DNA of 64,000 bases from Planctomycetota bacterium (GTDB taxonomy: Bacteria > Planctomycetota > Phycisphaerae > Phycisphaerales > UBA5793): positions 2,796,034 to 2,860,033 of the forward strand of contig JABFGK010000001.1 in NCBI GenBank assembly GCA_013112555.1, given 5' to 3'. The notes under the pieces are model-generated. The model saw only the letters and a program-made list of their open reading frames with translations. It was not told where the DNA came from and did no database searches. A program made the translations under genes and the position numbers. Numbering within the stretch: the first letter of the stretch is position 1; every line of letters starts with the position of its first letter. Positions 36,959 through 46,897 of this stretch are shown here, piece after piece.

Positions 36959-37235
36959 CATTCCGTACTCCCTCCACGGGTTCTGCTTCGTCGGGCACAG
37001 CCACGACTCAGCGTAATCCGTGCCACCCAATCTTACGAGCCGCGCGCGTCAGCAAGCGGGCGTGTGCGAAGCACAACATGGGGTGCCCGCTCCCTCATGG
37101 TCGCGGCTCGTCGGAAGAAGAGGGCACGCAGCAGCCTGCCCCTGCCAACCTACCACAAACCACTTTCTGAGTCCAGCACAATCCGGGGCATACCGAAACC
37201 GCCTTCCCTGCTCATACCCCCTACCATGACCTGCA

Positions 37236-38177
37236 ATGCCGTGGCTCACGAACACACTCAATCGCAACACGCTTAGCCCCTGGGGTTTTATTGCCTTCCC
37301 ATTGGCGATCGTCATGCTGTTCACCGCCCTGCCCACATTGGCAGGACTGCTGCTGAGCCTGTTCGAGTGGTCCGGGGGCGGGTCGCCCCGGTTCATCGGC
37401 CTGAAGAACTACACCGACCTGATCGCATCATCTGCCTTCTGGCCGGCTTTGTGTAACACACTCCTGTTTGCTGCGTTCACCGTGCCGCTGACCGTCTTCT
37501 TTGCGTTTCTCATCGCTGCTGCACTCAACGCGCCCTGGTTCATCGGCCGCACCACGATGCGCACCATCTTCTTTCTCCCGACCGTCGTTTCGATCGTCGC
37601 GATCGGCTTCATCTGGAGTTGGGTGCTGGATTCGACCGATGCCGGCTTGTTGAACCACGTTCTGACCGACATCGTCGGCCTGCCGCGTGCCTGGCTGCCT
37701 GAATGGCTCGGCAACAACCCGTGGGGACTCGCTTCCGTCATCATGGTCTCCATATGGCGAGGCCTCGGGTTTTCCATCGTCCTGTATCTGGCTGCAGTCA
37801 GCAACGTGCCGCGCGCGCTGTATGACGCAGCCGCCGTTGACGGCGCCAACTCCTGGCAGACGCTCTGGAACGTCACCTGGCCGGGTGTTAGGCCGATGAC
37901 CGTTTTCCTGCTGATCACCGGCCTCATCGGCGCGCTGCAGGTCTTTGATGTCGTGCTCGTCATGATCGGTGAGGGTGGGCAGCGATGGACCGACGTCCTG
38001 AACCTCTATCTCTATCGCGAGTTTACCAATAACAGACTCGGCTTTGCCGCTGCCATCGGCTCGGTCGTCCTGCTGCTGACCGTCATCATGACCGTGGCTC
38101 AACTGAAGTGGCTGAATCGCCCGGAAGGGCGCACCCGCACGGCCGCAACAGCAGAGAAAGGGAGCGCTGCGCCATGA
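37236..38177 (+). CDS. Carbohydrate ABC transporter permease (MalF/UgpA-like)
   Basis: 313 aa with six predicted TM segments and an EAA-loop-like ..ALYDAAAVDGANSWQTLWNVTWPGVRP... Confidence 0.85.
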   Translation: MPWLTNTLNRNTLSPWGFIAFPLAIVMLFTALPTLAGLLLSLFEWSGGGSPRFIGLKNYTDLIASSAFWPALCNTLLFAAFTVPLTVFFAFLIAAALNAPWFIGRTTMRTIFFLPTVVSIVAIGFIWSWVLDSTDAGLLNHVLTDIVGLPRAWLPEWLGNNPWGLASVIMVSIWRGLGFSIVLYLAAVSNVPRALYDAAAVDGANSWQTLWNVTWPGVRPMTVFLLITGLIGALQVFDVVLVMIGEGGQRWTDVLNLYLYREFTNNRLGFAAAIGSVVLLLTVIMTVAQLKWLNRPEGRTRTAATAEKGSAAP

Positions 38178-39049
38178 GGAAGTCGGCAAGACAACACGCC
38201 TCAGCCTGGCAGCGGCCCGGAATCCCGGCGCGATTGCTCGTGCACGGCCTCATCTATCTCACCGGACTGACGATGCTGCTCCCGTTTGCCTGGATGGTGT
38301 CAACAGCGCTCAAAACGCACGACCAAGCCATCAGCCTTGAACCGACACTGCTGCCGACCGGGTGGCCCACCGCCTGGCACTGGGAGAACTTCGCCCGTGC
38401 CTGGCAAACCGCCGACCTCGGTGCGTTCTACGTCAACAGTACCATCGTGGCAGTCGTCGTCACCGTGTTATCCACCGTGCACAACGCGCTGGCCGGGTTC
38501 GCCTTTGCCAAGCTCCGCTTTGCCGGCCGACGCACGTTGTTTGTGGCATTGCTGGCGACGATGATGCTGCCCTACCAGGTGTACTTCATCTTTGCCTATG
38601 TCCTGTGCGGGTGGCTGGGCTATGTTGACAACTACCAGGCCCTGATCGTCCCCTTCCTGGCCAGCGCATTCGGGATCTTCTATATGCGCCAAGCCGTCTC
38701 ATCCATCCCCGACGACCTGCTCGATGCCGGTCGGATCGACGGCTTCTCCGACTTCGAGTTGTTCCTTCACATCGTCGTGCCGGCAGTTCGGCCGGCCGTG
38801 GCCGCGCTGGCCATTTTCACCTTCATGGCCTCGTGGAACAACTTCTTCTGGCCGCTCATCGTCATCGATTCAAACGATCTGTACACGTTGCCGCTCGGCG
38901 TGGCGGCGCTTAGTTCGAAGTATTACGACGCCCCCTGGCCCGTGCAGATGGCAGCAGCCACCATTATCACATTACCCATGCTTGTCGTGTTCCTCGTCTT
39001 CCAGCGTGCCTTTGTCCAAGGCATCACATTGACCGGCGTGAAAGGATAA
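38174..39049 (+). CDS. Carbohydrate ABC transporter permease (MalG/UgpE-like)
   Basis: ..LLPFAWMVSTALKT.. and ..DLLDAGRIDGFSDFELFLHIVVPAVRP... The ATG at 38174 overlaps the upstream stop (ATGA). Confidence 0.85.
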   Translation: MRKSARQHASAWQRPGIPARLLVHGLIYLTGLTMLLPFAWMVSTALKTHDQAISLEPTLLPTGWPTAWHWENFARAWQTADLGAFYVNSTIVAVVVTVLSTVHNALAGFAFAKLRFAGRRTLFVALLATMMLPYQVYFIFAYVLCGWLGYVDNYQALIVPFLASAFGIFYMRQAVSSIPDDLLDAGRIDGFSDFELFLHIVVPAVRPAVAALAIFTFMASWNNFFWPLIVIDSNDLYTLPLGVAALSSKYYDAPWPVQMAAATIITLPMLVVFLVFQRAFVQGITLTGVKG

Positions 39050-39149
39050 GTGCATGATGCGCCCGGTGGCACGGGCGTCTCGCCCGTGAACAGACCGAAG
39101 GCCTGATGCAGACAGACAGCGCTCCCTCACGCCACGGCTCGTAAGAACC

Positions 39150-40593
39150 ATGATTCATAAGCAGCTCATGCGAACGAACATCGTCCTCATCATCCTGATC
39201 CTTGCCGTTGCGACCATCATCGCACTGATTCCCCCGCGCGCCGTCATGACGCCGGGCAATGAGTTGAAGATGGCCACCTGGGGCATGCCGTTTGAAGATC
39301 TGCTGTTTCGCGATGTCTATGCACGCGGATTCGAGAAGGAGAATCCCGGCTGGTCCATCCATTACCAGCGTCATGGCCATCTCGTCGAGAAGTACAATGC
39401 CTGGCACGTGCAGCGCCGCGGTGCCGACGTCATGCGCATGGGCATCGACTATTACAAGAGTTTCGTTGCCAAAGGAATGTTGGCACCGCTGACCGAGTAT
39501 CTGAATGATCCGGAAATCGGTCTGTCCGAGGAGGAGATCAAAGACTATTTCCCAGCCATCTGGGAACAGCTGCTCATCGACGGCGAGATCTATGCGCTGC
39601 CGTCTGACAATTCGCAGTATGGGTTGTATTACAACAAAACCATCTTTGATCAATACAACGAAGCACACCCGGATGAGCCGCTCGACTATCCCGGCCAGCA
39701 CTGGACGTGGGATGATCTGGCCGATGCAACCCAACGGCTCACGGTGCGCAATACCGAGGGCCAGGATCGTCGGATTACGCAGTACGGCATCCTGTTTGAT
39801 CTCTGGGCCTGGCCCTATTTTGCTTTTCTGAAGCAGGCAGGCGGCAACATGTGGGACGAGGCTCAGACGACGACGCTGATCAACTCCGAAGCCGGCGTCG
39901 AGGCGCTGACGTATCTCGTCTCACTCGTGCCGCCCGATGCACCGATGCGCTCACCCGATCAGGCTGCGTCGGCTGCCAGCCCGGTCGAGTTGTTCAAAAC
40001 CGGGCATCTGGCCATGCTGCTGGACGGCTCCTGGCAGGCGCCGAGCATCGAGCGGGACAAGCCGGGGCTCAACTTTGCCATTGCCCCCTGCCACGCGGGA
40101 AACAGCCGGGCGTCGTCAGCGGTTCGGTCCTCTGGGCGGTCAGCGCCCCACAGCCACCACCCGCACTGCCTGGGAGATGGTCAAGTGGATCACGAACCGT
40201 GAGAATTCGATCGCTTACTGGAACATGCTGCGGGTAGCCCCACCATCACGCTCGTCCGTTGTTGATTCACCGGATTTCCGATCGACGTCCGGGATAATTG
40301 AGGGCGACCTCGTGCACGTCCCCCCGCTGCCTGAGTCGCTGTACCCGGATCGAGTCGCGTGGCTGGAGTATGCAGTGACCCCGGACTCGGAAACCGGCCT
40401 CGTTCCCGGTTTTGTGCCTTCTGCGCCCTATCAGGCCGACTTGCAGGCCCAGATTGCCATTGCCCTCCGCCAGGCCACCCGGGGCGAGAAGACCCCTCGA
40501 GAGTCCCTGGATGAGGCAGCCGAGCGGACTCATGAGATAATTGACCGGGATCGATCATCCCGAGGATTGGCCCCGGTGGGCCGCTCGCGTTGA
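39150..40593 (+). CDS. ABC transporter extracellular solute-binding protein (family 1), with at least two frame changes at 40084-40170
   Basis: ORF 39150..40202 (..MATWGMPFEDLLF..DGEIYALPSDNSQYGLYYNKTIF..) continues through the frame of 39851..40237 (LPRGKQPGVVSGSVLWAVSA) into the frame of 39937..40593 (TAWEMVKWITNRENSIAYWNML..). Confidence 0.8.
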
Positions 40594-40682
40594 CTTGCTG
40601 CAATGCCCTGTTACCCTTGCACTCACCAATCTCGGCCGGTCGAAATACCGGGTCCGGCCGATATGACCGAGGAGTTTGGACC

Positions 40683-40937
40683 ATGAGCAAGGTCAAGTTC
40701 AGGCCCCACAAGGGTTTGGCCAAAAGAGTTCGTATCACCCGCAATGGGCAGGTCAAGCACCGGAAAGCCGGTGGGCGGCATCGCAAGAGCCTCCACGATT
40801 CCGGCCAGAACCGGCAGTTGCGCCTTGGAAAGATGGCTCCCAACTCCGAGCGCCGTCGGGCCCAGAAGATGCTGGGATTCCGGATCCGTCGACCGGCTGC
40901 CAAGCAGCAGCAACAGGCCGAGCAGACGGCCGAGTGA
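40683..40937 (+). CDS. rpmI: 50S ribosomal protein L35 (with a short basic/Q-rich C-terminal extension)
   Basis: MSKVKFRPHKGLAKRVRITRNGQVKHRKAGGRHRKS... is canonical L35. It uses the internal ATG of ORF 40590..40937. Confidence 0.85.
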   Translation: MSKVKFRPHKGLAKRVRITRNGQVKHRKAGGRHRKSLHDSGQNRQLRLGKMAPNSERRRAQKMLGFRIRRPAAKQQQQAEQTAE

Positions 40938-41201
40938 GAGTCGCCATCTTCACGCACTGGAGATCACTGATCGGCTCTCGACGCTGACAGCCGATCGTCT
41001 CGAAACAAATATGGTGCGGCCACCGAGCGGGAAATACATGCAAGCGGCCATGAAGAGAGCCGCTGATACGCAAGGGTATGTCTCCTTAGATATCAGCAAC
41101 GCTTCCCCGCCGGACCGCAGAAACTGAAACAGGCAACACGAGAGAGAGACCACCTCGGGATTGCACCGAACCGTCTCTTTCTGACGACAAGGAGATTTGC
41201 C

Positions 41202-41576
41202 ATGCCGCGCGTTCGCAAGGGATCAGCCCGTACCAAAGCCCGTAAGAAACTCCTCCGTGAAGCCCGCGGATACTACGGAACCAAGAGTCGCCACAAGCAG
41301 CAGGCCAAGGTCGCCCTCATGCGGGCCGGCCGAAATGCCTTCCGCGATCGCCGTCGTCGGAAGCGGGATTTCCGTCGCCTGTGGATCACCCGTATCTCGG
41401 CTGCCTGCCGGATGCGCGGGATGCGATACAGCCAGTTCATCAACGGGGCCCAGTTGGCCGGCGTGTTGCTGAATCGCAAGATGCTCAGCCAGTTGGCAAT
41501 CGACGACCCGGCCGCGTTCGACGCGATCGCCGAGATGGCCAAGGCATCGTCCACCGCTCAGCCTGCCAAGGCGTAG
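41202..41576 (+). CDS. rplT: 50S ribosomal protein L20
   Basis: MPRVRKGSARTKARKKLLREARGYYGTKSRHKQQAKVALMRAGRNAFRDRRRRKRDFRRLWITRISAA is canonical L20. Confidence 0.95.
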   Translation: MPRVRKGSARTKARKKLLREARGYYGTKSRHKQQAKVALMRAGRNAFRDRRRRKRDFRRLWITRISAACRMRGMRYSQFINGAQLAGVLLNRKMLSQLAIDDPAAFDAIAEMAKASSTAQPAKA

Positions 41577-41622
41577 CGGGAGACGAACAAGCCATCGGAA
41601 GTTCCACAAAGAAATGAAAAGA

Positions 41623-41660
41623 CCCCGCGATTGCAGCACGCAATCACGGGGCTTTCTTTT
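41623..41660. terminator. Bidirectional rho-independent terminator between convergent rplT and rocD
   Basis: Stem ccccgcgattgc / gcaatcacgggg (11 of 12 bp, loop agcac), followed by ctttcttttg on the plus strand and tcttttcatttcttt on the minus strand. Confidence 0.8.
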
Positions 41661-41682
41661 GTACTTCAAGGCATGTATTTGA

Positions 41683-42939
41683 TCAAGCAAACACTTTGGC
41701 GAATCGCTCGATGGCCCAGTCAAGTTCTTCCTTTGTAATCACCAGAGGCGGTGTTACGCGGACGACCTGCTCGACGGTCTCCTTACACAGGATCCCCTCA
41801 GCCAGCAGCGCCTCCACGAACTCGTGCCCGGTGCCGGCTTCCTTGTGCACTTCGATGCCGGTCAGCATGCCGCGGCCACGCACGCCCTTGATCTTCGGGC
41901 TGTTCAGCCCGCGGATCCTGTCTCGGAAGTATTCACCCATTTCGACGGACTTCGCACACAGATCCTCGTCGATGAGCAACTTCATTGCTGCCCGGCCGAC
42001 GGCGGCTGCCAGCGGATTGCCGCCGAATGTCGAACCGTGATCGCCCGGCTGGAACACGCTCAGGATGTCGCGCGAACTGACAATCGCCGAGACGGGATAC
42101 ACGCCGCCGCCAAGCGTCTTGCCCATGATGTACATGTCGGGCTTGACGTTCTCGTGATCACAGGCAAAGACGGTGCCGGTGCGACCCATGCCGGTCTGCA
42201 CTTCATCCGCAATCATCAGCACGTTATTCTTCGTGCAGATCTCGCGTACCCGTTTCAGGAAGCCGTCTTCCGGAATGTTAATACCACCCTCACCCTGGAT
42301 CGGCTCAAACAGGAAGGCTGCCGTGTTCGGGGTGATGGCCTTTTCAAGTGCGTCGGGATCGCCAAACGGGATCGTCACAAAACCGGGCGTGGCCGGCCCG
42401 AACAGATCACGGTACTGGGCAACAGAAGAGAAGCCGACGATTGTGGTCGTCCGGCCGTGGAAGTTGCCTTCACAGACGATGATCTCGGCCTTGTCATGCG
42501 GGACGTTCTTGCGGGTATAGGCCCACTTGCGTGCAGTCTTGATGGCACTCTCGACTGCCTCGGCCCCGGTGTTCATCGGCAGCATCATTTCCATGCCGCA
42601 GAACTCCGAGAGCTCCTTCGCAAACGGCGCCAGTTGATCGCTGTAGAACGCACGCGAGACGACGCACAGTTTCTTGGCCTGCTCGAACATGGCCTCCATC
42701 ATCTTGGGGTGGCCGTGCCCGAAACTCAGAGCCGAATAGCCTGCCAACATATCGAGGTACTTGTTGCCCTCGACGTCCCACACCCAGACGCCTTCGCCGC
42801 GTGACAATACCGCCGGGAGCGGACCGTAGTTGGTGGCAGAATATTGCCGTTCCAACTCCATGCACCTGGCATTGGTAGTCGTCGACGCTGAGGACGAGGC
42901 AGCTCCGGCTGCAGAGACGTTTCCGATGGACATGGTCAT
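41683..42939 (-). CDS. rocD: Ornithine aminotransferase (ornithine--oxo-acid transaminase)
   Basis: ..YSATNYGPLPAVLSRGEGVWVWDVEGNKYLD.. and ..DEVQTGMGRTGTVFACDHENVKPDMYIMGKTLGGGVYPVSA.. are the class-III PLP aminotransferase, OAT-type motifs. Confidence 0.85.
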   Translation of the reverse strand: MTMSIGNVSAAGAASSSASTTTNARCMELERQYSATNYGPLPAVLSRGEGVWVWDVEGNKYLDMLAGYSALSFGHGHPKMMEAMFEQAKKLCVVSRAFYSDQLAPFAKELSEFCGMEMMLPMNTGAEAVESAIKTARKWAYTRKNVPHDKAEIIVCEGNFHGRTTTIVGFSSVAQYRDLFGPATPGFVTIPFGDPDALEKAITPNTAAFLFEPIQGEGGINIPEDGFLKRVREICTKNNVLMIADEVQTGMGRTGTVFACDHENVKPDMYIMGKTLGGGVYPVSAIVSSRDILSVFQPGDHGSTFGGNPLAAAVGRAAMKLLIDEDLCAKSVEMGEYFRDRIRGLNSPKIKGVRGRGMLTGIEVHKEAGTGHEFVEALLAEGILCKETVEQVVRVTPPLVITKEELDWAIERFAKVFA

Positions 42940-43214
42940 GAATCAACCTCCTTTACGCAACAGGCGTGGGACCAGTGCTCCCGGCAGATCAATACCGGGC
43001 TATCAACTCACTTCTCTGTCGACAAACGACAACGTCGAAGTAAGACAATAAACAGACTCTCAAACCACACTGCTTGTGGTGCTGCCTGAGGCTCGCCAGA
43101 AGCGCGTATTTCCCGCTCGAAACCCACATTAAAAAGCGGGCGGGACGCGCTGAGCCGGAGGCATCAGAGGGTATCACTGCCGAATGCGGAAACAAGGGGA
43201 GGCAATCGCCTGAA

Positions 43215-44363
43215 TCAGCCACTCGCCCCGTCGCGTCGGCCGGCTGCCCGTCGCCGATCGGTCGCACGCTGCAGCACGGCTCGTTCGGAGCCTGTCAGGC
43301 TCTCGATCCCGTGGTCCGATACCTTGGCCAAGACGGCATCAACCACGGCCTCATCGTCCGTCTCCGGGATGGCTGCCTCGTCAGTCCCCGGTTCGGGGGC
43401 CTTAGCGGGCACAGGAGCCTCCACTGATGGACGGTCGCTCGGCGAGGCAACATCGATCAACTCTGTCGGTGGGTCAATTCCCTCAATAAACGCCAGGCGC
43501 CTTCGATTCTGCCAGCAGACAAACCAGCAGAACAAGGAACACGCGACCAGCAGCGGCAGCGCAATCCCCAACCCGATGATCAACGCAGCCACCGACCCGA
43601 CGTAGCCGACCATGGTCGTCACTTCAATGGCCCGTCGCTGATTCGATCGGGCCCATAGCAGCCCGGAAAGCAGGTCAGCCCCATCGAGTGGGTAGACCGG
43701 CAGTAGATTGCACACGCCGACCATGAGGTTGGCATAGTTCAGCCACCACAGGCAAATCAGGAACCAGGACGGAGCAGTCAGTGACCACTTGGCATAGGTG
43801 AGCCAGGGCTGCAGCGGATTGAACAACACATATTCGCTGTACTCGATCTGAGTCAGCAAAAACGCCGTGAGGCCGGCTGCTGCGACGAGGTTCGCGATCG
43901 GGCCTCCCATCGCCCCGACGACTTGCCCGACCCACCGCCGATTCGGGCGGGCCGTGTCGAGTCCCCCCAACGGCCAGATGACGCTCTCATACAGTTGCCC
44001 ACCCATCACGCGGTGCATGAGTGCATGCCCGAGCTCATGCCAGATGACGGCTGCCAGCACGGCGGCCACCCCGATACCGGCAAACGCCACGTCTGAAATC
44101 GGGTTGGCACCCGGGCGTGGCCAGGCAGCGTCTGCGATCAGGATAATGGCAAAGGCCAGAAACAGGACGTGGAGTCGAACCCGTCGGTCCCCGGCCTTGA
44201 AGACGGTGATCGCCCACTCAGACGGCTCATCCCACCAACTTCCGAGTGCCCCGATCGACGAGGTCGCACGGCCGCTCGTGGCAGGCCGATCGCCCATCCC
44301 ACCTGCCGGATCGGACCTGTCATTGTCAGCCTGGCCGTCACGCATCACAGTCATCTCACACAA
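43215..44363 (-). CDS. M50-family (site-2-protease-like) membrane metalloprotease
   Basis: HExxH in a TM helix (..AVIWHELGHALMHRV..), multiple TM segments and a soluble C-terminal tail. Confidence 0.7.
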   Translation of the reverse strand: MCEMTVMRDGQADNDRSDPAGGMGDRPATSGRATSSIGALGSWWDEPSEWAITVFKAGDRRVRLHVLFLAFAIILIADAAWPRPGANPISDVAFAGIGVAAVLAAVIWHELGHALMHRVMGGQLYESVIWPLGGLDTARPNRRWVGQVVGAMGGPIANLVAAAGLTAFLLTQIEYSEYVLFNPLQPWLTYAKWSLTAPSWFLICLWWLNYANLMVGVCNLLPVYPLDGADLLSGLLWARSNQRRAIEVTTMVGYVGSVAALIIGLGIALPLLVACSLFCWFVCWQNRRRLAFIEGIDPPTELIDVASPSDRPSVEAPVPAKAPEPGTDEAAIPETDDEAVVDAVLAKVSDHGIESLTGSERAVLQRATDRRRAAGRRDGASG

Positions 44364-44364
44364 T

Positions 44365-45003
44365 CTACGACCTGCCCGGCCTGATTCCTGATTCGTACAG
44401 CAACACCGTCAGGATGCTCTTGGCATCAATCAGTTGGCCATCGGCAATCATGCCGTGGACCTCTTCGGGAGTGCGGACCGCCGTCTCAATGTCCTCGTCG
44501 GCCTCGAGTTGCTGCCCGACGAATCGCAATCCCGAGGCGACAAACGCATGCATGAACTCATCACAGAACCCGGGTGTCGTATAAAACGACGCCAGGTACT
44601 CGACTCGATCAGACCGGTACCCGGTTTCCTCGATCAACTCGCGGCCGGCACAGGTCTCGGGCTTCTCATCCGGCTCCAACATCCCGGCAGGCAACTCCCA
44701 CAACGTCCGGTTTACCGCATGCCTCAGGTTCCGGATCAAAACGATTCGCCCGTCATCAAGGATCGGCAGGATAACCACTGCACCGGCCAGCCGAACCACA
44801 TCACGGACCAATTCACCCGGCCTGCTTCGGCCGTTTGGGCCCGCAGGCGGTTTGATCACGAGCCGTTCGAGATGGAGTCGAGCCCCTCGATAGGTCGTCT
44901 CGCGACTGACCAGCCCCTCCGGGTCGGTGACGACGTGCCTTGTGGGTGTTGTGTATACCGATCCGTCACTGCTGTTATTCATACCACAGTCCATATGGTG
45001 CAC
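44365..45003 (-). CDS. NUDIX hydrolase (ADP-ribose pyrophosphatase-like)
   Basis: The Nudix box is ..ELPAGMLEPDEKPETCAGRELIEETGY... Confidence 0.85.
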   Translation of the reverse strand: MHHMDCGMNNSSDGSVYTTPTRHVVTDPEGLVSRETTYRGARLHLERLVIKPPAGPNGRSRPGELVRDVVRLAGAVVILPILDDGRIVLIRNLRHAVNRTLWELPAGMLEPDEKPETCAGRELIEETGYRSDRVEYLASFYTTPGFCDEFMHAFVASGLRFVGQQLEADEDIETAVRTPEEVHGMIADGQLIDAKSILTVLLYESGIRPGRS

Positions 45004-45093
45004 TCAGAGCCGGGCTCGGCTGAGCGCTGTCAATGATTAAACACGTGCAGCACGCCGAGGTTTCGCCCTGCCTGCTGCGCACCGGTGCAGATA

Positions 45094-46065
45094 TCAGTCT
45101 GAAGTGAGTGGAACGAGTTGGAGATATTGGTCCAGGTCATGGCCTTGCAGAAAAGCGTCAAGAGTCATCATACGCCCACCCGGCGCCTGGACTTCGCGCA
45201 GGGCAACACAGCCGGTTCTGCAGGCGATGCGATTCGATTCCAACAACGTCCCCGGGCCGACCAGGGTTGTCGAGTCAGGCAGATCAGCAACGCGACCGAT
45301 CTTGAGAATCATCTCGGCCGTATCGTCGCCCGGGTCGATGCACCGGACCGTGCAGCCCGGCCAGGGATTCAGCCCGTGTATGCGGGCACGAACCAACTTG
45401 CTGTCCTCGTCGAAATCCACCGTTCCTTCCTCTTTTCGGAGTTTCGGTGCCGTCGTGACGGCGGACTCATCCTGGGAGCGCGGTTCGAGTTGATCGAGGC
45501 CGTGCCGTTCGAGCACCTGCCGGACGAGTTCGGGCCCGTGTGCCGCCAGGCGGTCGTGCAACTCGCCGGCTGTTTCGTGCGGCTGAATGGCTGTGGACAG
45601 ATTGCCGAGGATCAGGCCGGCATCCATGCGGTCGGCCAGCGTAATGACGGTCAGGCCGGTGTGGTCATCGCCATTCATCATGGCCCGATTGATCGGGGCA
45701 GCCCCACGGTACTTCGGGAGTAATGACGCATGGAGATTGATGGCAAAGGTGTCGGCCAGCAGTGGTTGCCCGAGTTTCTGACCGAAGGCGATCACGACAA
45801 AGATGTCAGCCCCCACAGCATGGATCCTGCCAAGAACCTCGGGGTCATTCACATTGGCCGGCGTGATGACGGGAAGACCTGTGTCTGCGGCCCACTGGGC
45901 GATCGGCGTATCGCGTACCTTGCGTCGCCGACCGGCCGGCCTGGCCGGCTGACTGACAATCAGGGCTGTGTCATATGCATCCGCATTCGCTGCCAGCCAC
46001 TGAAGGGTGGGGAGGCCGAACTCACCGGAGCCGAAGAACACGATGCGAGGTCGAGCATGCCCCAT
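45094..46065 (-). CDS. fmt: Methionyl-tRNA formyltransferase
   Basis: ..RIVFFGSGEFGLPTL.., ..INLHASLLPKYRGAAPINRAM... It lies immediately downstream of def. Confidence 0.92.
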   Translation of the reverse strand: MGHARPRIVFFGSGEFGLPTLQWLAANADAYDTALIVSQPARPAGRRRKVRDTPIAQWAADTGLPVITPANVNDPEVLGRIHAVGADIFVVIAFGQKLGQPLLADTFAINLHASLLPKYRGAAPINRAMMNGDDHTGLTVITLADRMDAGLILGNLSTAIQPHETAGELHDRLAAHGPELVRQVLERHGLDQLEPRSQDESAVTTAPKLRKEEGTVDFDEDSKLVRARIHGLNPWPGCTVRCIDPGDDTAEMILKIGRVADLPDSTTLVGPGTLLESNRIACRTGCVALREVQAPGGRMMTLDAFLQGHDLDQYLQLVPLTSD

Positions 46066-46589
46066 CAGCCTCGCTCCAATTCGCGCAGTGCTTTGCGGTT
46101 GGCCAGTCGTGTCATCTGAGTGAAATGGTCAATGATGAGGATGCCATCGAGATGATCGGTCTCATGCTGCCAGACTCGCGCCAGCAGGGCATCTGATGTC
46201 ATCGTAAACGCCTGCCCATCAAGGTCTAACGCATCAATGGTGATGGTAATTGGTCGTCTGACATCCCCCACCACGTCTGGGATGCTCAGGCACCCCTCTT
46301 CGCGCGGCTCGGGGCCCCCGCTCGGGCTGCTCAGGACCGGGTTGATGTACACGCGATCCGGCTCATCCTCCTCCTGACGGGAGTTGGCAACGAACATCCG
46401 CCAGGGCAGCCCGACTTGCGGTGCGGCCAGGCCGACCCCTTCCGCCTCGTGCATCAGGGCGATCATGCGGAGAGCGACGGCCCGGACTTCATCGGTCACA
46501 GCCTCGATCGGGGCAGCCTGTTTCCGGAGAATGGGGTCCGGGTAATAGACGATGGACAGTTTGTTGGGATTGACGGCTGACATAGTCAC
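46065..46589 (-). CDS. def: Peptide deformylase
   Basis: Motifs GVGLAAPQVG, EGCLSIP and HETDHLDG are present. Confidence 0.95.
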   Translation of the reverse strand: MTMSAVNPNKLSIVYYPDPILRKQAAPIEAVTDEVRAVALRMIALMHEAEGVGLAAPQVGLPWRMFVANSRQEEDEPDRVYINPVLSSPSGGPEPREEGCLSIPDVVGDVRRPITITIDALDLDGQAFTMTSDALLARVWQHETDHLDGILIIDHFTQMTRLANRKALRELERG

Positions 46590-46779
46590 TCCATGCTAGG
46601 CCCAGGACAGGCGGATGTGGGACCAGGCAGATCCGGGTGCGTGGCAGTCCCGGGAAGCCGCCGATAATCACGATTCAGCCAATTGTCGATTAGCGCAGAT
46701 GCAGGAAGTGCCGATCAACTGTGACGGGTGAGGAGGCTAGAATCAGTGCCACAGGGTTCGCAGGCGCGGTGACCCCGCA

Positions 46780-46808
46780 TTGACGGGTTGTACAGCCTGT
46801 TCTATCGT
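46780..46808 (+). promoter_or_regulatory. Candidate sigma70-like promoter upstream of the TPR gene
   Basis: TTGACG (46780-46785), 17-nt spacer, TATCGT (46803-46808), 90 nt upstream of the ATG at 46898, in the divergent def/TPR spacer. Confidence 0.3.
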
Positions 46809-46897
46809 GCCGCCCCGATTCACACGGATGGACTACCATGTCCTGACGTTGACGCCGCAGTCTTGCCCATTGCAAACAACCGTGGGCCGAGAGGTGC

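Noticed and set aside
40590-40618. A TTGACT hexamer upstream of rpmI as a promoter.
   Set aside because: The element 17 nt downstream is ACCCTT, which is not a usable -10. A -35 match alone is not enough.
40190-40957. The 255-aa minus-strand ORF spanning the SBP 3' end and rpmI.
   Set aside because: It is antisense to two supported genes (L35 is unambiguous) and its composition is Arg/Pro-rich.
43100-43214. A terminator-like hairpin after the M50 protease gene (cccgct..agcggg with TTTTT).
   Set aside because: The T-run falls inside the loop rather than after the stem, and the stem is only 6 bp, so it is not a canonical intrinsic terminator.
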